From: a virus
Taxonomy: Duplodnaviria; Caudoviricetes
Reading direction: 5' to 3' (one strand)
IMG/VR virus record: IMGVR_UViG_3300032312_000144
Coordinates: 1 to 34,881 of that record
Length of the DNA stretch: 34,881 bases
Both the position numbers and the translations under genes were made by a program. Below, in pieces: positions 18,204 to 26,623 of this stretch (the first letter of the stretch is position 1; each line of letters opens with the position of its first letter). The notes under the pieces are model-generated. The model ran no database searches, was not told the DNA's origin, and saw only the letters and a list, made by a program, of their open reading frames with translations.

Positions 18204-19086
18204 TGAAATGGTCAATGAGGTAAAGACCAATCTGCAAGGTTATACCTTGAAGCAAGATCGCCTGACCTATCTTAATGCTGCTATCAATAGCGTTGCTACA
18301 AGTATGGTGGTGGGTTCTGCATCTAACTTAGCTAAAGGTCCTATTGAAATTGATGATGAGATAATATGGATTGATAACTTTAGCACTGCATCTAATACAC
18401 TAAACGCAGCACCAGGTTTTGGTAGAGGATATCAAGGTACTACACCTACATCACACGCTCAATATGCTCAAGTCACCTTATCTCCATCATTTCCTAGAGT
18501 ATCAATTAAGAAGGCTATCAACGATACTATCAACTCTTTGTATCCCAAGTTATGGGCAGTAGATTCATACACATTTACATTTAACGCAAGTCAAACTACA
18601 TACGCACTACCAGATGATCTAGAGCAAATTCTATTTATCTCTTGGCAGACTACTGGTTCATCTAAAGAATGGCTACCAGTTAATCGCTGGAGAGCAGATG
18701 GTATGGCTAATATTGCAGAGTTTAATACTACTAACACAATTAGCATTTATGAAAATATTCAACCTGGCAGAACAGTTCAGGTTTACTATACAACAACTCC
18801 AGATACTTTAGATAATAACTCTGATGATTTCGCTGACGTAACTGGACTTCCTCAATCCTGCCAAGATGTAGTAACACTAGGTGCAGCCTATAAGTTACTA
18901 TCATTTATAGATTCAGGAAGAATATCTCTAACTTCAGCAGAGTCTGATCTTGCGGACTCTAAGATTCCATCAGGAGCTGGAGCAAATAACTCTCGTTATA
19001 TCTACGCTTTGTACCAACAAAGACTTAACGAAGAAGCACTTAAGCTGCAAGACAAATTCCCAATCCGTCTGCATTACACAAAGTAA
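18190..19086 (+). CDS. Putative head-tail adaptor (T7 gp11/P22 gp4-like)
   Basis: MATFNEMVNEV, AINDTIN, YALPDD and LGAAYKLL helical pattern of podovirus adaptors, with an inserted beta domain. Confidence 0.55.
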   Translation: MATFNEMVNEVKTNLQGYTLKQDRLTYLNAAINSVATSMVVGSASNLAKGPIEIDDEIIWIDNFSTASNTLNAAPGFGRGYQGTTPTSHAQYAQVTLSPSFPRVSIKKAINDTINSLYPKLWAVDSYTFTFNASQTTYALPDDLEQILFISWQTTGSSKEWLPVNRWRADGMANIAEFNTTNTISIYENIQPGRTVQVYYTTTPDTLDNNSDDFADVTGLPQSCQDVVTLGAAYKLLSFIDSGRISLTSAESDLADSKIPSGAGANNSRYIYALYQQRLNEEALKLQDKFPIRLHYTK

Positions 19087-19094
19087 GGAAATAA

Positions 19095-20036
19095 ATGACC
19101 CGCAAGTTCTCGTCTATCAGCGTTGAATCAACGCTTGCATCTGGTATATCTAATAGCCAGACAACCTTAACGGTTGCTACTGGTACGGGTTCAGCACTAC
19201 TTGGTGGTGTAACCCTTGCTGCTGGTAACGTAGATCAATTCACATTAGCAATTGATCCTGACACTACCAATGAAGAGATTGTCTTTGCTACTGCGGCAGC
19301 AGCAGACACCTTCACAATTGTTAGAGCAAGAGCTGGATCCTCTGGAATATCACACTCAGGAGGAGCAACAGTTCGTCACGTTCTAACCTCTGATGATCTA
19401 ACTTTCTTTAACACAGGCGTTGCTACAGCAGATGCAGCAATTCCAAAATCAACAGTAACTACTAAAGGTGATTTAATAGCGGCAACTGCTTCAGCTACAG
19501 TAAACAGACTTGCTGTTGGATCTAGCAACCAAAGTTTATTAGTGGATAGCACAACATCTACTGGTCTCAAATGGGGTGCTTCTTCAACATCAACATTAAC
19601 AACTACTGGTGATCTTCTTTACGCATCAGCAGCAAATACTTTGGCTCGTAGAGCAATAGGTACAACTGGTGATGTATTAACAGTTACAGGTGGTGTACCC
19701 GTTTGGGCAGCACCTACTATACCTAGTTTAGATTTAACAATTGATGCTAAAACTGCTAATTATACTTTCGTAGCAGGAGATGTTAATAAGTTAATTACTA
19801 TGTCTAGTTCTAGCACTACAACTTTTACAGTTCCTAGTGGAGTGTTTACAACAGGACAGCAAATTAATGTTCAAGGTATTGGAACGGGAACAGTACAAAT
19901 TAGAAACAATGGTACTAGTTCTTTAACTTCAACTGGTGCTACAGCAACTGCTCCTAACCTAAGAGCAAGATATTCTGCAGCAACAATTATCTGTACAGCA
20001 AGTAATACCTTCACAGTGATTGGAGATCTATCTTAA
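19095..20036 (+). CDS. Tail fibre/spike-like protein
   Basis: Thr/Ala/Gly-rich, with two tandem TT(K/T)GDL...RxA(V/I)G...W fibre repeats and a C-terminal beta domain paralogous to 20362-20769. Confidence 0.65.
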   Translation: MTRKFSSISVESTLASGISNSQTTLTVATGTGSALLGGVTLAAGNVDQFTLAIDPDTTNEEIVFATAAAADTFTIVRARAGSSGISHSGGATVRHVLTSDDLTFFNTGVATADAAIPKSTVTTKGDLIAATASATVNRLAVGSSNQSLLVDSTTSTGLKWGASSTSTLTTTGDLLYASAANTLARRAIGTTGDVLTVTGGVPVWAAPTIPSLDLTIDAKTANYTFVAGDVNKLITMSSSSTTTFTVPSGVFTTGQQINVQGIGTGTVQIRNNGTSSLTSTGATATAPNLRARYSAATIICTASNTFTVIGDLS

Positions 20037-20362
20037 TGCCAACAACATATAAAGTCTTAGGGCAACTAGCCCCAGCAAGTACATCAGGTGATCTATATAC
20101 AGTACCTGCTGTAACGGAAGCAGTTGTATCTACTATTAATGTAGTAAATACTGGTACTACTGATTCAACTATTAGTATAGCAATTCGTAAAAATGGTGCT
20201 ACTTTAGCAACCAATCAATATATTATAAATGGTTTAATATTAAACGCTAAAGTTACACTTGCTTATACCTCTGGTTTAACTTTGGATGCAGCAGATGTAA
20301 TCACAGTAATTTCAACAAATAATGATTGCGCTTTTAGCGCCTTCGGATCGGAGATAGCCTAA
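20036..20362 (+). CDS. Small beta-rich tail/fibre-associated protein
   Basis: YKVLGQ, LYTVPA and FSAFGSEI; TAATG-coupled on both sides. Confidence 0.55.
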   Translation: MPTTYKVLGQLAPASTSGDLYTVPAVTEAVVSTINVVNTGTTDSTISIAIRKNGATLATNQYIINGLILNAKVTLAYTSGLTLDAADVITVISTNNDCAFSAFGSEIA

Positions 20363-20769
20363 TGTCAATATCGCTAATCGGCGTAACTACAGGACCAACG
20401 GGGCCTACGGGACCAACGGGACCGACAGGCGCTACAGGACCAACAGGTGCTGCTGGTGCTATTCTTGCAATTAATGCTCAGACTGGTACCACATACACTT
20501 TAGTAGCAGGTGATGTCAATGATCTAGTAACTTTAAATAATGCTGGAGCTATTACCCTTACAGTTCCACCATCAGTATTTTCTGCTAACGATACTATCAA
20601 CATTGCTCAAATTGGTGCAGGTCAAGTAACCCTTGCTCAAGGTGCTGGTGTAACTATTAGCTCAACTGGTGCTACATCTACTGCACCTAAACTTAGATTG
20701 CGATACTCAGCAGCTTCAATTATCTGTACTGCATCAAACACATTCTTAGTGGTAGGAGATATTGCCTAA
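20362..20769 (+). CDS. Short collagen tract plus fibre-tip domain
   Basis: (GPT)x4-GAT-GPT-GAA, then an INAQTGTTYTLVAGD...VVGDIA domain. Confidence 0.65.
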   Translation: MSISLIGVTTGPTGPTGPTGPTGATGPTGAAGAILAINAQTGTTYTLVAGDVNDLVTLNNAGAITLTVPPSVFSANDTINIAQIGAGQVTLAQGAGVTISSTGATSTAPKLRLRYSAASIICTASNTFLVVGDIA

Positions 20770-21641
20770 TGCCAACAATGTTAGGAATTATAGCTTCGCA
20801 AAATTATAGTCGCGCTATACCTTTTGACTATTTACTTGTTGCAGGCGGAGGTGCAGGTGCTTGGGGTAATGGTGGCGGCGGTGGAGCAGGTGGTTTAACA
20901 AGTGCAACTGCACAAAATTTACTTGCTGGAACTTATACCGTAACTGTTGGTGCTGGTGCTACTAGAATTACAACCACAACAGATCAACAAGAAGCAAGTG
21001 GTAGTAATTCTGTATTTAATTCTTTAACAGCCGTAGGTGGCGGTGGTGGCGCAACCTTCTCAAACTTAGGTGTGTCGGGTGTTGGTGGTGGTTCTGGCGG
21101 TGGCGGTGGTGGTAGAGATGGTTCTGGTGCTCGTAACCAAGGCGGTGGCGGAACTGCTGGTCAAGGCAATGCTGGTGGTCAAGGTTGGCGTGCAAGTTCC
21201 ATAAACTCTGGCGGTGGCGGTGGTGGTGCAGGTGCGGTTGGTGCTGATGCGCCTTCCAACACAACTGGTGGTGCTGGTGGAATTGGTAGTAATTCTTTTT
21301 CTACTTGGGCTTCTGCTACATCAACTGGCATTAGTGGTTATTATGCTGGTGGTGGTGGCGGTGGTGCAAATGGAGGCAATGCTGGTGCTGGTGGTACTGG
21401 CGGTGGTGGTAGTGGCGGTGGAGGAAATCCTGCTACTGGTAATGCTGGAACTGCTAATACTGGCGGTGGTGGTGGCGGTGGCGGTGGACCAGCCGATGGT
21501 GCAAATGGTGGCTCAGGTATTGTAATTTTAAGAACTGCAGGTACTTATACTGCATCTGCTACAACAGGTTCACCTACTAGGACTGTTAGTGGTGGTTATA
21601 CATATTACACATTTACTGGAGATGGGAGTATAACAATCTAA
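20769..21641 (+). CDS. Glycine-rich adhesin / receptor-binding protein (polyglycine II type)
   Basis: YLLVAGGGAG, repeated GGGGGAG runs, ANTGGGGGG, GGSGIVIL and YTFTGDGSITI. Confidence 0.7.
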   Translation: MPTMLGIIASQNYSRAIPFDYLLVAGGGAGAWGNGGGGGAGGLTSATAQNLLAGTYTVTVGAGATRITTTTDQQEASGSNSVFNSLTAVGGGGGATFSNLGVSGVGGGSGGGGGGRDGSGARNQGGGGTAGQGNAGGQGWRASSINSGGGGGGAGAVGADAPSNTTGGAGGIGSNSFSTWASATSTGISGYYAGGGGGGANGGNAGAGGTGGGGSGGGGNPATGNAGTANTGGGGGGGGGPADGANGGSGIVILRTAGTYTASATTGSPTRTVSGGYTYYTFTGDGSITI

Positions 21642-22003
21642 TGGCACACTTTGCAAAACTAGATGAAAATAATGTTGTACTTGCTGTTCACGTTGTGAAC
21701 AATGATGTTATTGCTGTTGATGGTGTTGAATCAGAACAAGTAGGAATAGATTTTTTAACACAACTTCACAAACATAACAATTGGAAACAAACATCATACA
21801 ATGGAAAAATACGCAAAAATTATGCAGGAATTGGATTCCAATACGATCCAGTTAATGATTGGTTTCAAGCACCTCAGCCATACCCATCTTGGACGTTAGA
21901 TTCAAATGCACAATGGCAAGCACCAACTCCAAGACCTACCGATGGAAAAATTTACGGGTGGGATGAAACAACAACTTCTTGGTTTGAAGTACTTGCACTT
22001 TAA
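21641..22003 (+). CDS. Fibre-associated/assembly protein
   Basis: MAHFAKLDENNVV, WKQTSYNG, RKNYAGIG and PQPYPSW; a family usually found after Gly-rich adhesins (recalled). Confidence 0.6.
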   Translation: MAHFAKLDENNVVLAVHVVNNDVIAVDGVESEQVGIDFLTQLHKHNNWKQTSYNGKIRKNYAGIGFQYDPVNDWFQAPQPYPSWTLDSNAQWQAPTPRPTDGKIYGWDETTTSWFEVLAL

Positions 22004-22007
22004 TTAG

Positions 22008-22049
22008 TTAGTTCCTCCTGAGCAACGAGGCTAAAAGGCTCATATTTTT
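22008..22049 (+). promoter_or_regulatory. Compact H-type pseudoknot / terminator-like element
   Basis: CCTC(22014-17)/GAGG(22027-30) interleaved with TGAGC(22019-23)/GCTCA(22038-42), followed by TATTTTT. Confidence 0.4.
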
Positions 22050-22072
22050 ATGTCTAAAATCAAAGGAGAATA

Positions 22073-24310
22073 ATGGTCCCACCATATGGCGATGATATAA
22101 CCGAACGGATCCCCGTACCATTATCTAATCCAGCAGGTGCTACATCTTATGCCTTAACTGGCGTTGCCTACGATATGGCTATTGCAGGGCTACCATTCTT
22201 TATTAACGCTTCCGATGATACTCCTTACCGCAGACAAACTGCAGAGTATCGCAAGCAACAGATTGACCAGACTAGAGAAGCTGGTGAGCAGACACTTACT
22301 GGTTGGTGGTTAAGAAGCCAGTCATCATTTCATCAAGGACAAGGCATTAACTTCTTTGAACCTATCCAAGATGAGTCATTAAGATTTCAGTATACAGAAT
22401 CTAAGGGTTGCAACATCTGGACTAGAGGTCAGGTAACTCTACTTAACTCTGTATCTCCTGAACATATTACTACTGGTAAAGTAACTACTAATGGTAGACC
22501 ACCACAGGTAGCAAGATCTATTCAGTGGAAAGAACTTTCCTATACTGGTGCTACTACCTACAATACCTATGACGGTATCTTGTTATGGGATGAGTATGAT
22601 GTTGATAAAGTTTATCCAACTATTACTGCATCTGTTAACAACAAGGCTTTAACATCTAACGTAGCAACACTTACTACCACAGCAGCACACAGTCTAGCTC
22701 CTGGTATGCAGATTACAGTTGCTGGTGTAGATGCTACCTTTAATGGCGACTATGTAATCACTACAGTACCTACTGCTACTACCTTTACCTATGCTAAGAC
22801 AGCAACTAACGTACCTTCTACTGCGGTATCTCCAGTTGGAACAGTTGAATCTTCAGTCACACACTTTATAGATTATATCTCAGGTACAGATTATCCTGTA
22901 TATGGCATCTGTGATGATGGTGTTTATGCTTATTGGGTAACTAACGTACTTAGTACTGGAACTCCAAGACTTAGAATATATAAGAAGTTATTGTCAGATG
23001 ATAGTTCTGTATCACCTACCTTGATGATCAGTGAAAATAGTATTACAGTAACTAATGCAGTATTAGAATATACCAAAGAGCGTATTGTTGCTTGTGTAAA
23101 TGATAAGGTTTATGAGATAGCAACTAATGCTACAACTCTACCTTCTGCTGTATATACACACCCTGACGATGATGTAGCCTTTACTGGTATCACCTCAAGC
23201 GGTGTTGCTATTTATGTATCTTCATATAGTGGTATTCAATCTACTATCGCTAAGTTTACCTTAGCCACTAATGGAACTATGCCTACCTTAACCAGTGCTA
23301 TTACTGCTGCTGAGTTACCAGTAGGTGAGATCGTATTTGATATCTATTACTACTTAGGCTTTATGGCTATCGGTACCAACAAGGGTATTCGTATGGCAGT
23401 AGTTGGCGATGATGGATCTATTAACTATGGTCCTTTGATAGCTGAGACAACTACACCTTGCTATGACTTTGCTGCAAGGGACTCATATATCTGGTGTGCT
23501 ACTGGCGTAGAAGATAACCCAGGTGTTATTAGAATTAACCTTGGTACTAGATTAGGTAATGATCTAAACTTTGCCTATTGCTATGACCTATATGCACCAA
23601 CTGTAACTGGCTTTACTACTACCACCTGTGCATTTATGGGTGATACAGAGCAACTAGTATTTGTTACTGCTAATAATGGAACCACTGATGGTGCTATCTA
23701 TGTTGAGAATCTTAATGAAAAAATATCTGAGGGCTACCTACAGACAGGCTTTATCCGTTACAACACCTTAGAGTTAAAGGTTTATAAATTACTACAAGCT
23801 AGAATTGATAACACCGATGGTGGATTACTAATAGATACAGTTACCTATGATGGTAGTGAGTATCGTATTGGTACCTTTACTCAACAGAGTAACGTTCCAG
23901 AGGTAACAGTTTCATATCCAACAGGAGCGCAAGAGTATTTAGGATTTAAGTTTATCCTTACTAGATCTACTACTGATGTTTCTAAGGGACCAGTCTTTGA
24001 TGGTTACAATTTAAAGTCATTACCTGCGGTACCTCGTCAGCGTTTAATCCAATACCCACTGTTCTGCTATGACCGAGAGACTGATAAGTTCGGTGTTGAA
24101 GAGGGATACGAAGGATCAGCATATGATCGTATGAGCCAACTAGAGCAGGTAGAAAATGTTGGCGATACAGTTAGAGTTCAAGACTTCAGAACAGGTGAGT
24201 CATATCTTGGCCTTATTGAAGAGCTTAGTTTTGTAAACAGAACGCCATCAGGTGCAAGGTTTTCTGGCTATGGAGGAACATTACTAGTAACGATTAGATC
24301 TATTTCATAG
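22073..24310 (+). CDS. Putative tail nozzle/tubular protein (T7 gp12/P22 gp10-like) with inserted beta domain
   Basis: 745 aa, beta-propeller-like pattern, last structural gene before lysis; AAAGGAG SD. Confidence 0.55.
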   Translation: MVPPYGDDITERIPVPLSNPAGATSYALTGVAYDMAIAGLPFFINASDDTPYRRQTAEYRKQQIDQTREAGEQTLTGWWLRSQSSFHQGQGINFFEPIQDESLRFQYTESKGCNIWTRGQVTLLNSVSPEHITTGKVTTNGRPPQVARSIQWKELSYTGATTYNTYDGILLWDEYDVDKVYPTITASVNNKALTSNVATLTTTAAHSLAPGMQITVAGVDATFNGDYVITTVPTATTFTYAKTATNVPSTAVSPVGTVESSVTHFIDYISGTDYPVYGICDDGVYAYWVTNVLSTGTPRLRIYKKLLSDDSSVSPTLMISENSITVTNAVLEYTKERIVACVNDKVYEIATNATTLPSAVYTHPDDDVAFTGITSSGVAIYVSSYSGIQSTIAKFTLATNGTMPTLTSAITAAELPVGEIVFDIYYYLGFMAIGTNKGIRMAVVGDDGSINYGPLIAETTTPCYDFAARDSYIWCATGVEDNPGVIRINLGTRLGNDLNFAYCYDLYAPTVTGFTTTTCAFMGDTEQLVFVTANNGTTDGAIYVENLNEKISEGYLQTGFIRYNTLELKVYKLLQARIDNTDGGLLIDTVTYDGSEYRIGTFTQQSNVPEVTVSYPTGAQEYLGFKFILTRSTTDVSKGPVFDGYNLKSLPAVPRQRLIQYPLFCYDRETDKFGVEEGYEGSAYDRMSQLEQVENVGDTVRVQDFRTGESYLGLIEELSFVNRTPSGARFSGYGGTLLVTIRSIS

Positions 24311-24317
24311 GAGAGAT

Positions 24318-24512
24318 ATGTCCCCGACTGACTGGGCTACATTTGCTGTAGCTATAACTACTTTAATTGGAACACTAGCAATGGGTGTAAGACATTTAGT
24401 TAAACACTATCTATCTGAACTTCGCCCGAATGGTGGCTCAAGTTTGCGGGACCAGGTCAATCGGCTTGAGGAAAAAGTTGACACCTTGTATCACATATTA
24501 ATTCAGAAATGA
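24318..24512 (+). CDS. Membrane protein, holin-like (one TM helix plus coiled coil)
   Basis: Hydrophobic N-terminal helix, then ELRPNGGSSLRDQVNRLE. Confidence 0.65.
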   Translation: MSPTDWATFAVAITTLIGTLAMGVRHLVKHYLSELRPNGGSSLRDQVNRLEEKVDTLYHILIQK

Positions 24513-24518
24513 GTAACG

Positions 24519-24965
24519 ATGAAATTTGTTGTAAAGAAGGCAACACCTGCTGCAATAGCAGTACTAAGACAAGCGACAGCATTTTGGCCGAAGCGCAAGA
24601 AAGCCTCAGACGGACTCTTGCCTTCATCGGCACACATTAAACAAAGTCCTAACTCAGATCACAATACTGGTCTAGCAGTTGATCTAACCCACGATCCAGA
24701 TAATGGAGTGGATTGCAAGGATATCTATAAGAGATTACAAGATGATCGTAGAGTTAAGTATCTAATATTTACTGGTAAAATTTGGAACCAAGCAGATGGT
24801 GAAAGAGCTTATAACGGTAGCAACAAACATAATAAGCACTTGCATATATCTATCAAGGATCAATATGCCAAAGATGATTCCAACTGGTTCAGTTGGATGG
24901 GTGATGTGCCTAAGAAGTTAACACTTCCTAAGCCACTACCTAAAAAGAAACAGGAGAAACAATGA
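24519..24965 (+). CDS. Endolysin, Zn peptidase of M15/Hedgehog-DD-peptidase fold
   Basis: H-x6-D (SDHNTGLAVD) and HxH (HNKHLHIS) motifs; flanked by membrane-protein genes. Confidence 0.75.
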   Translation: MKFVVKKATPAAIAVLRQATAFWPKRKKASDGLLPSSAHIKQSPNSDHNTGLAVDLTHDPDNGVDCKDIYKRLQDDRRVKYLIFTGKIWNQADGERAYNGSNKHNKHLHISIKDQYAKDDSNWFSWMGDVPKKLTLPKPLPKKKQEKQ

Positions 24966-25171
24966 AGGATCTACTAAAGAAGTTAACAAGCAAGAAGGCT
25001 AAGGCTGCATTTAAGTCTTACCTACGAGCTGTACTTGCTTCAGCAGTAACAATGGGATTAGCACTTGCGGCTGACCTAGCACCAGAGTATGCAATTCTTG
25101 TAGGCTCTATTGCAGGACCATTAGCTAAGTGGGCTGACAAGACTGAGAAAGAGTTCGGTCTTACCAAGTAG
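24962..25171 (+). CDS. Holin
   Basis: 69 aa with a basic N-terminus, two hydrophobic segments and a charged C-terminus ending EFG; follows the endolysin. Confidence 0.7.
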   Translation: MKDLLKKLTSKKAKAAFKSYLRAVLASAVTMGLALAADLAPEYAILVGSIAGPLAKWADKTEKEFGLTK

Positions 25172-25193
25172 TTTTACTACCGCGAGGCAACAC

Positions 25194-25227
25194 AGAGGCC
25201 GCCCTTAACGGGGCGGCTTCTTTTTTT
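25194..25227 (+). terminator. Rho-independent terminator ending the late operon
   Basis: GAGGCCGCCCT-TAAC-GGGGCGGCTTC followed by T7. Confidence 0.9.
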
Positions 25228-25236
25228 ATGCCCTTT

Positions 25237-25332
25237 TTAGGTGCAAATAGTGGCGAGTTGAGGCTGTTTTAGAAGTGGGTAGGGATAATCTATGGGTAGC
25301 TAAAACAAAATGGCCCAACTCGTTAAGCCTAA
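25237..25332. other. Long imperfect inverted repeat in intergenic DNA
   Basis: Nested arms TTAGG/CCTAA, CGAGTTG/CAACTCG, GGC/GCC and TGTTTTAG/CTAAAACA around a loop carrying two TGGGTAG copies. Confidence 0.6.
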
Positions 25333-25343
25333 GTTAATAGAAG

Positions 25344-25571
25344 TTACTCTGGCCTATCTAAAGGTGTTGGAACTATAACCAAGTTACCGCAGTTGGCACA
25401 CTCACCGTCTAGGTGGTACCAAGATAGTTCATAATCGTAGAAGGATGCCATAATTGTAAAGGTCATTGAACCGCAGGGACAGGCGTGTAAAGGTCCGAGG
25501 TCTCTTAGATCAGAACCAAACTTTGGTGGTATGTTCTCTTTGTTTTTTCGCAGCCTTGGTAGACGGAGCAT
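25344..25571 (-). CDS. Small Zn-ribbon protein (CPCG...CANCG); start could be GTG 25625
   Basis: Two Cys pairs; the only ORF in this gap; upstream TACAAT -10 box. Confidence 0.6.
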   Translation of the reverse strand: MLRLPRLRKNKENIPPKFGSDLRDLGPLHACPCGSMTFTIMASFYDYELSWYHLDGECANCGNLVIVPTPLDRPE

Positions 25572-25586
25572 AAAGACCGTACCGTT

Positions 25587-25606
25587 GCGGCGCTTTAGAG
25601 CGCCGC
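25587..25606. other. GC-rich perfect hairpin
   Basis: GCGGCGCT-TTAG-AGCGCCGC. Confidence 0.6.
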
Positions 25607-25632
25607 CCGTTTTTATTCGCCTCACGGCTCAT

Positions 25633-25638
25633 ATTGTA
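25633..25638 (-). promoter_or_regulatory. Putative -10 box (TACAAT) of a leftward promoter
   Basis: Lies 7 nt upstream of GTG 25625, which is leaderless spacing; no strong -35. Confidence 0.4.
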
Positions 25639-25740
25639 ATCAATTCCGAACCCACTAAGTGAGAATATACGCGGCGTGTCGTTAGTGGAGTATTAATCTT
25701 TCTTCCACTACCATTATCCATAAGAGATAGGAGATGGATA

Positions 25741-26316
25741 GTGACTACAGTTGTTGGTGTACAAGGTAAAACCTTTTGTATCTTAGCTGCGGATTCGCAG
25801 ATCACAGAAGATAACCTCAGAACTATATCTTTAAAGACTCCAAAGATAATTGAGAAGGGTCAGTATCTACTAGCAATTACTGGTGATACTAGACCAGGAG
25901 ATATTCTTACCTATAACTGGAATCCACCATCATATAAAGTTACCTATGATCCAGTGCAGTTTATGGGCAAGAAGATTATTCCTTCCATTATTCAAACCTT
26001 TAATGATAATGGTTATGCTTGGAATGATAATGATAAAGACAAAGAAGCTGGCTTTGATTACCTACTAGCTTTCAATGGGGTTATATTTCATATCGCATCT
26101 GATATGTCCTTTATACAATCAGAGGCTAACTACTATGGCATTGGTTCAGGTGGTCAGTTTGCATTAGGTTATATGTACCACAAACGAAGTGATAAATACT
26201 TAGTGCAAGATGAGGCAGCAGAGTTGGCACAAAGGGCAGTTGAGATAGCATCTCTACTTGATATTAATACCTGTCCTCCGATACAAATAGCGGTACAAAA
26301 GAAGAGGGTAAAATGA
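25741..26316 (+). CDS. Proteasome beta/HslV-like Ntn-hydrolase (Thr peptidase)
   Basis: M-T-T-V-V-G N-terminus, AADSQIT, conserved Lys (PKII), GIGSGG, and a D-x-x-T near the C-terminus. Confidence 0.85.
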   Translation: MTTVVGVQGKTFCILAADSQITEDNLRTISLKTPKIIEKGQYLLAITGDTRPGDILTYNWNPPSYKVTYDPVQFMGKKIIPSIIQTFNDNGYAWNDNDKDKEAGFDYLLAFNGVIFHIASDMSFIQSEANYYGIGSGGQFALGYMYHKRSDKYLVQDEAAELAQRAVEIASLLDINTCPPIQIAVQKKRVK

Positions 26317-26405
26317 GAGAAATACTTTTACAATTAGAGTGGTCTTTACTAGATTTAGAAATGTATAGGTTTATTTTAGAGTGGATAGTTAGGTTGGGAT
26401 TATGA
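26313..26405 (+). CDS. 30-aa Leu-rich microprotein (MREILLQLEWSLLDLEMYRFILEWIVRLGL)
   Basis: ATGA overlaps at both ends; GAGGG upstream. Confidence 0.55.
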   Translation: MREILLQLEWSLLDLEMYRFILEWIVRLGL

Positions 26406-26623
26406 AACACGATGAATTATTATCTGGAATAAAAGAACTTGAACATTTATCAGAAGGTATGTGGGGAACTACCGCCCTTCGTGCAGTAGTGGAGTTACAT
26501 ACTCCATACTCTATGGAGACTGGAGATGGAGAAGTACTTGGTTGTTCTTGCATACCAGAACTGCCAGCATTTTTAAATCCATACCCTTGCCCTACTATTC
26601 AGGCTATTGAAAAGGAATTTTAA
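26402..26623 (+). CDS. Hypothetical protein (ALRAVVELH...YPCPTIQAI)
   Basis: Coupled on both sides; His/Cys motif recalled from actinophage small proteins. Confidence 0.65.
   Translation: MKHDELLSGIKELEHLSEGMWGTTALRAVVELHTPYSMETGDGEVLGCSCIPELPAFLNPYPCPTIQAIEKEF

Noticed and set aside
21016-21525. His-rich minus ORF and Val-rich plus ORF
   Set aside because: Frame artefacts of poly-GGT/GGC glycine codons.
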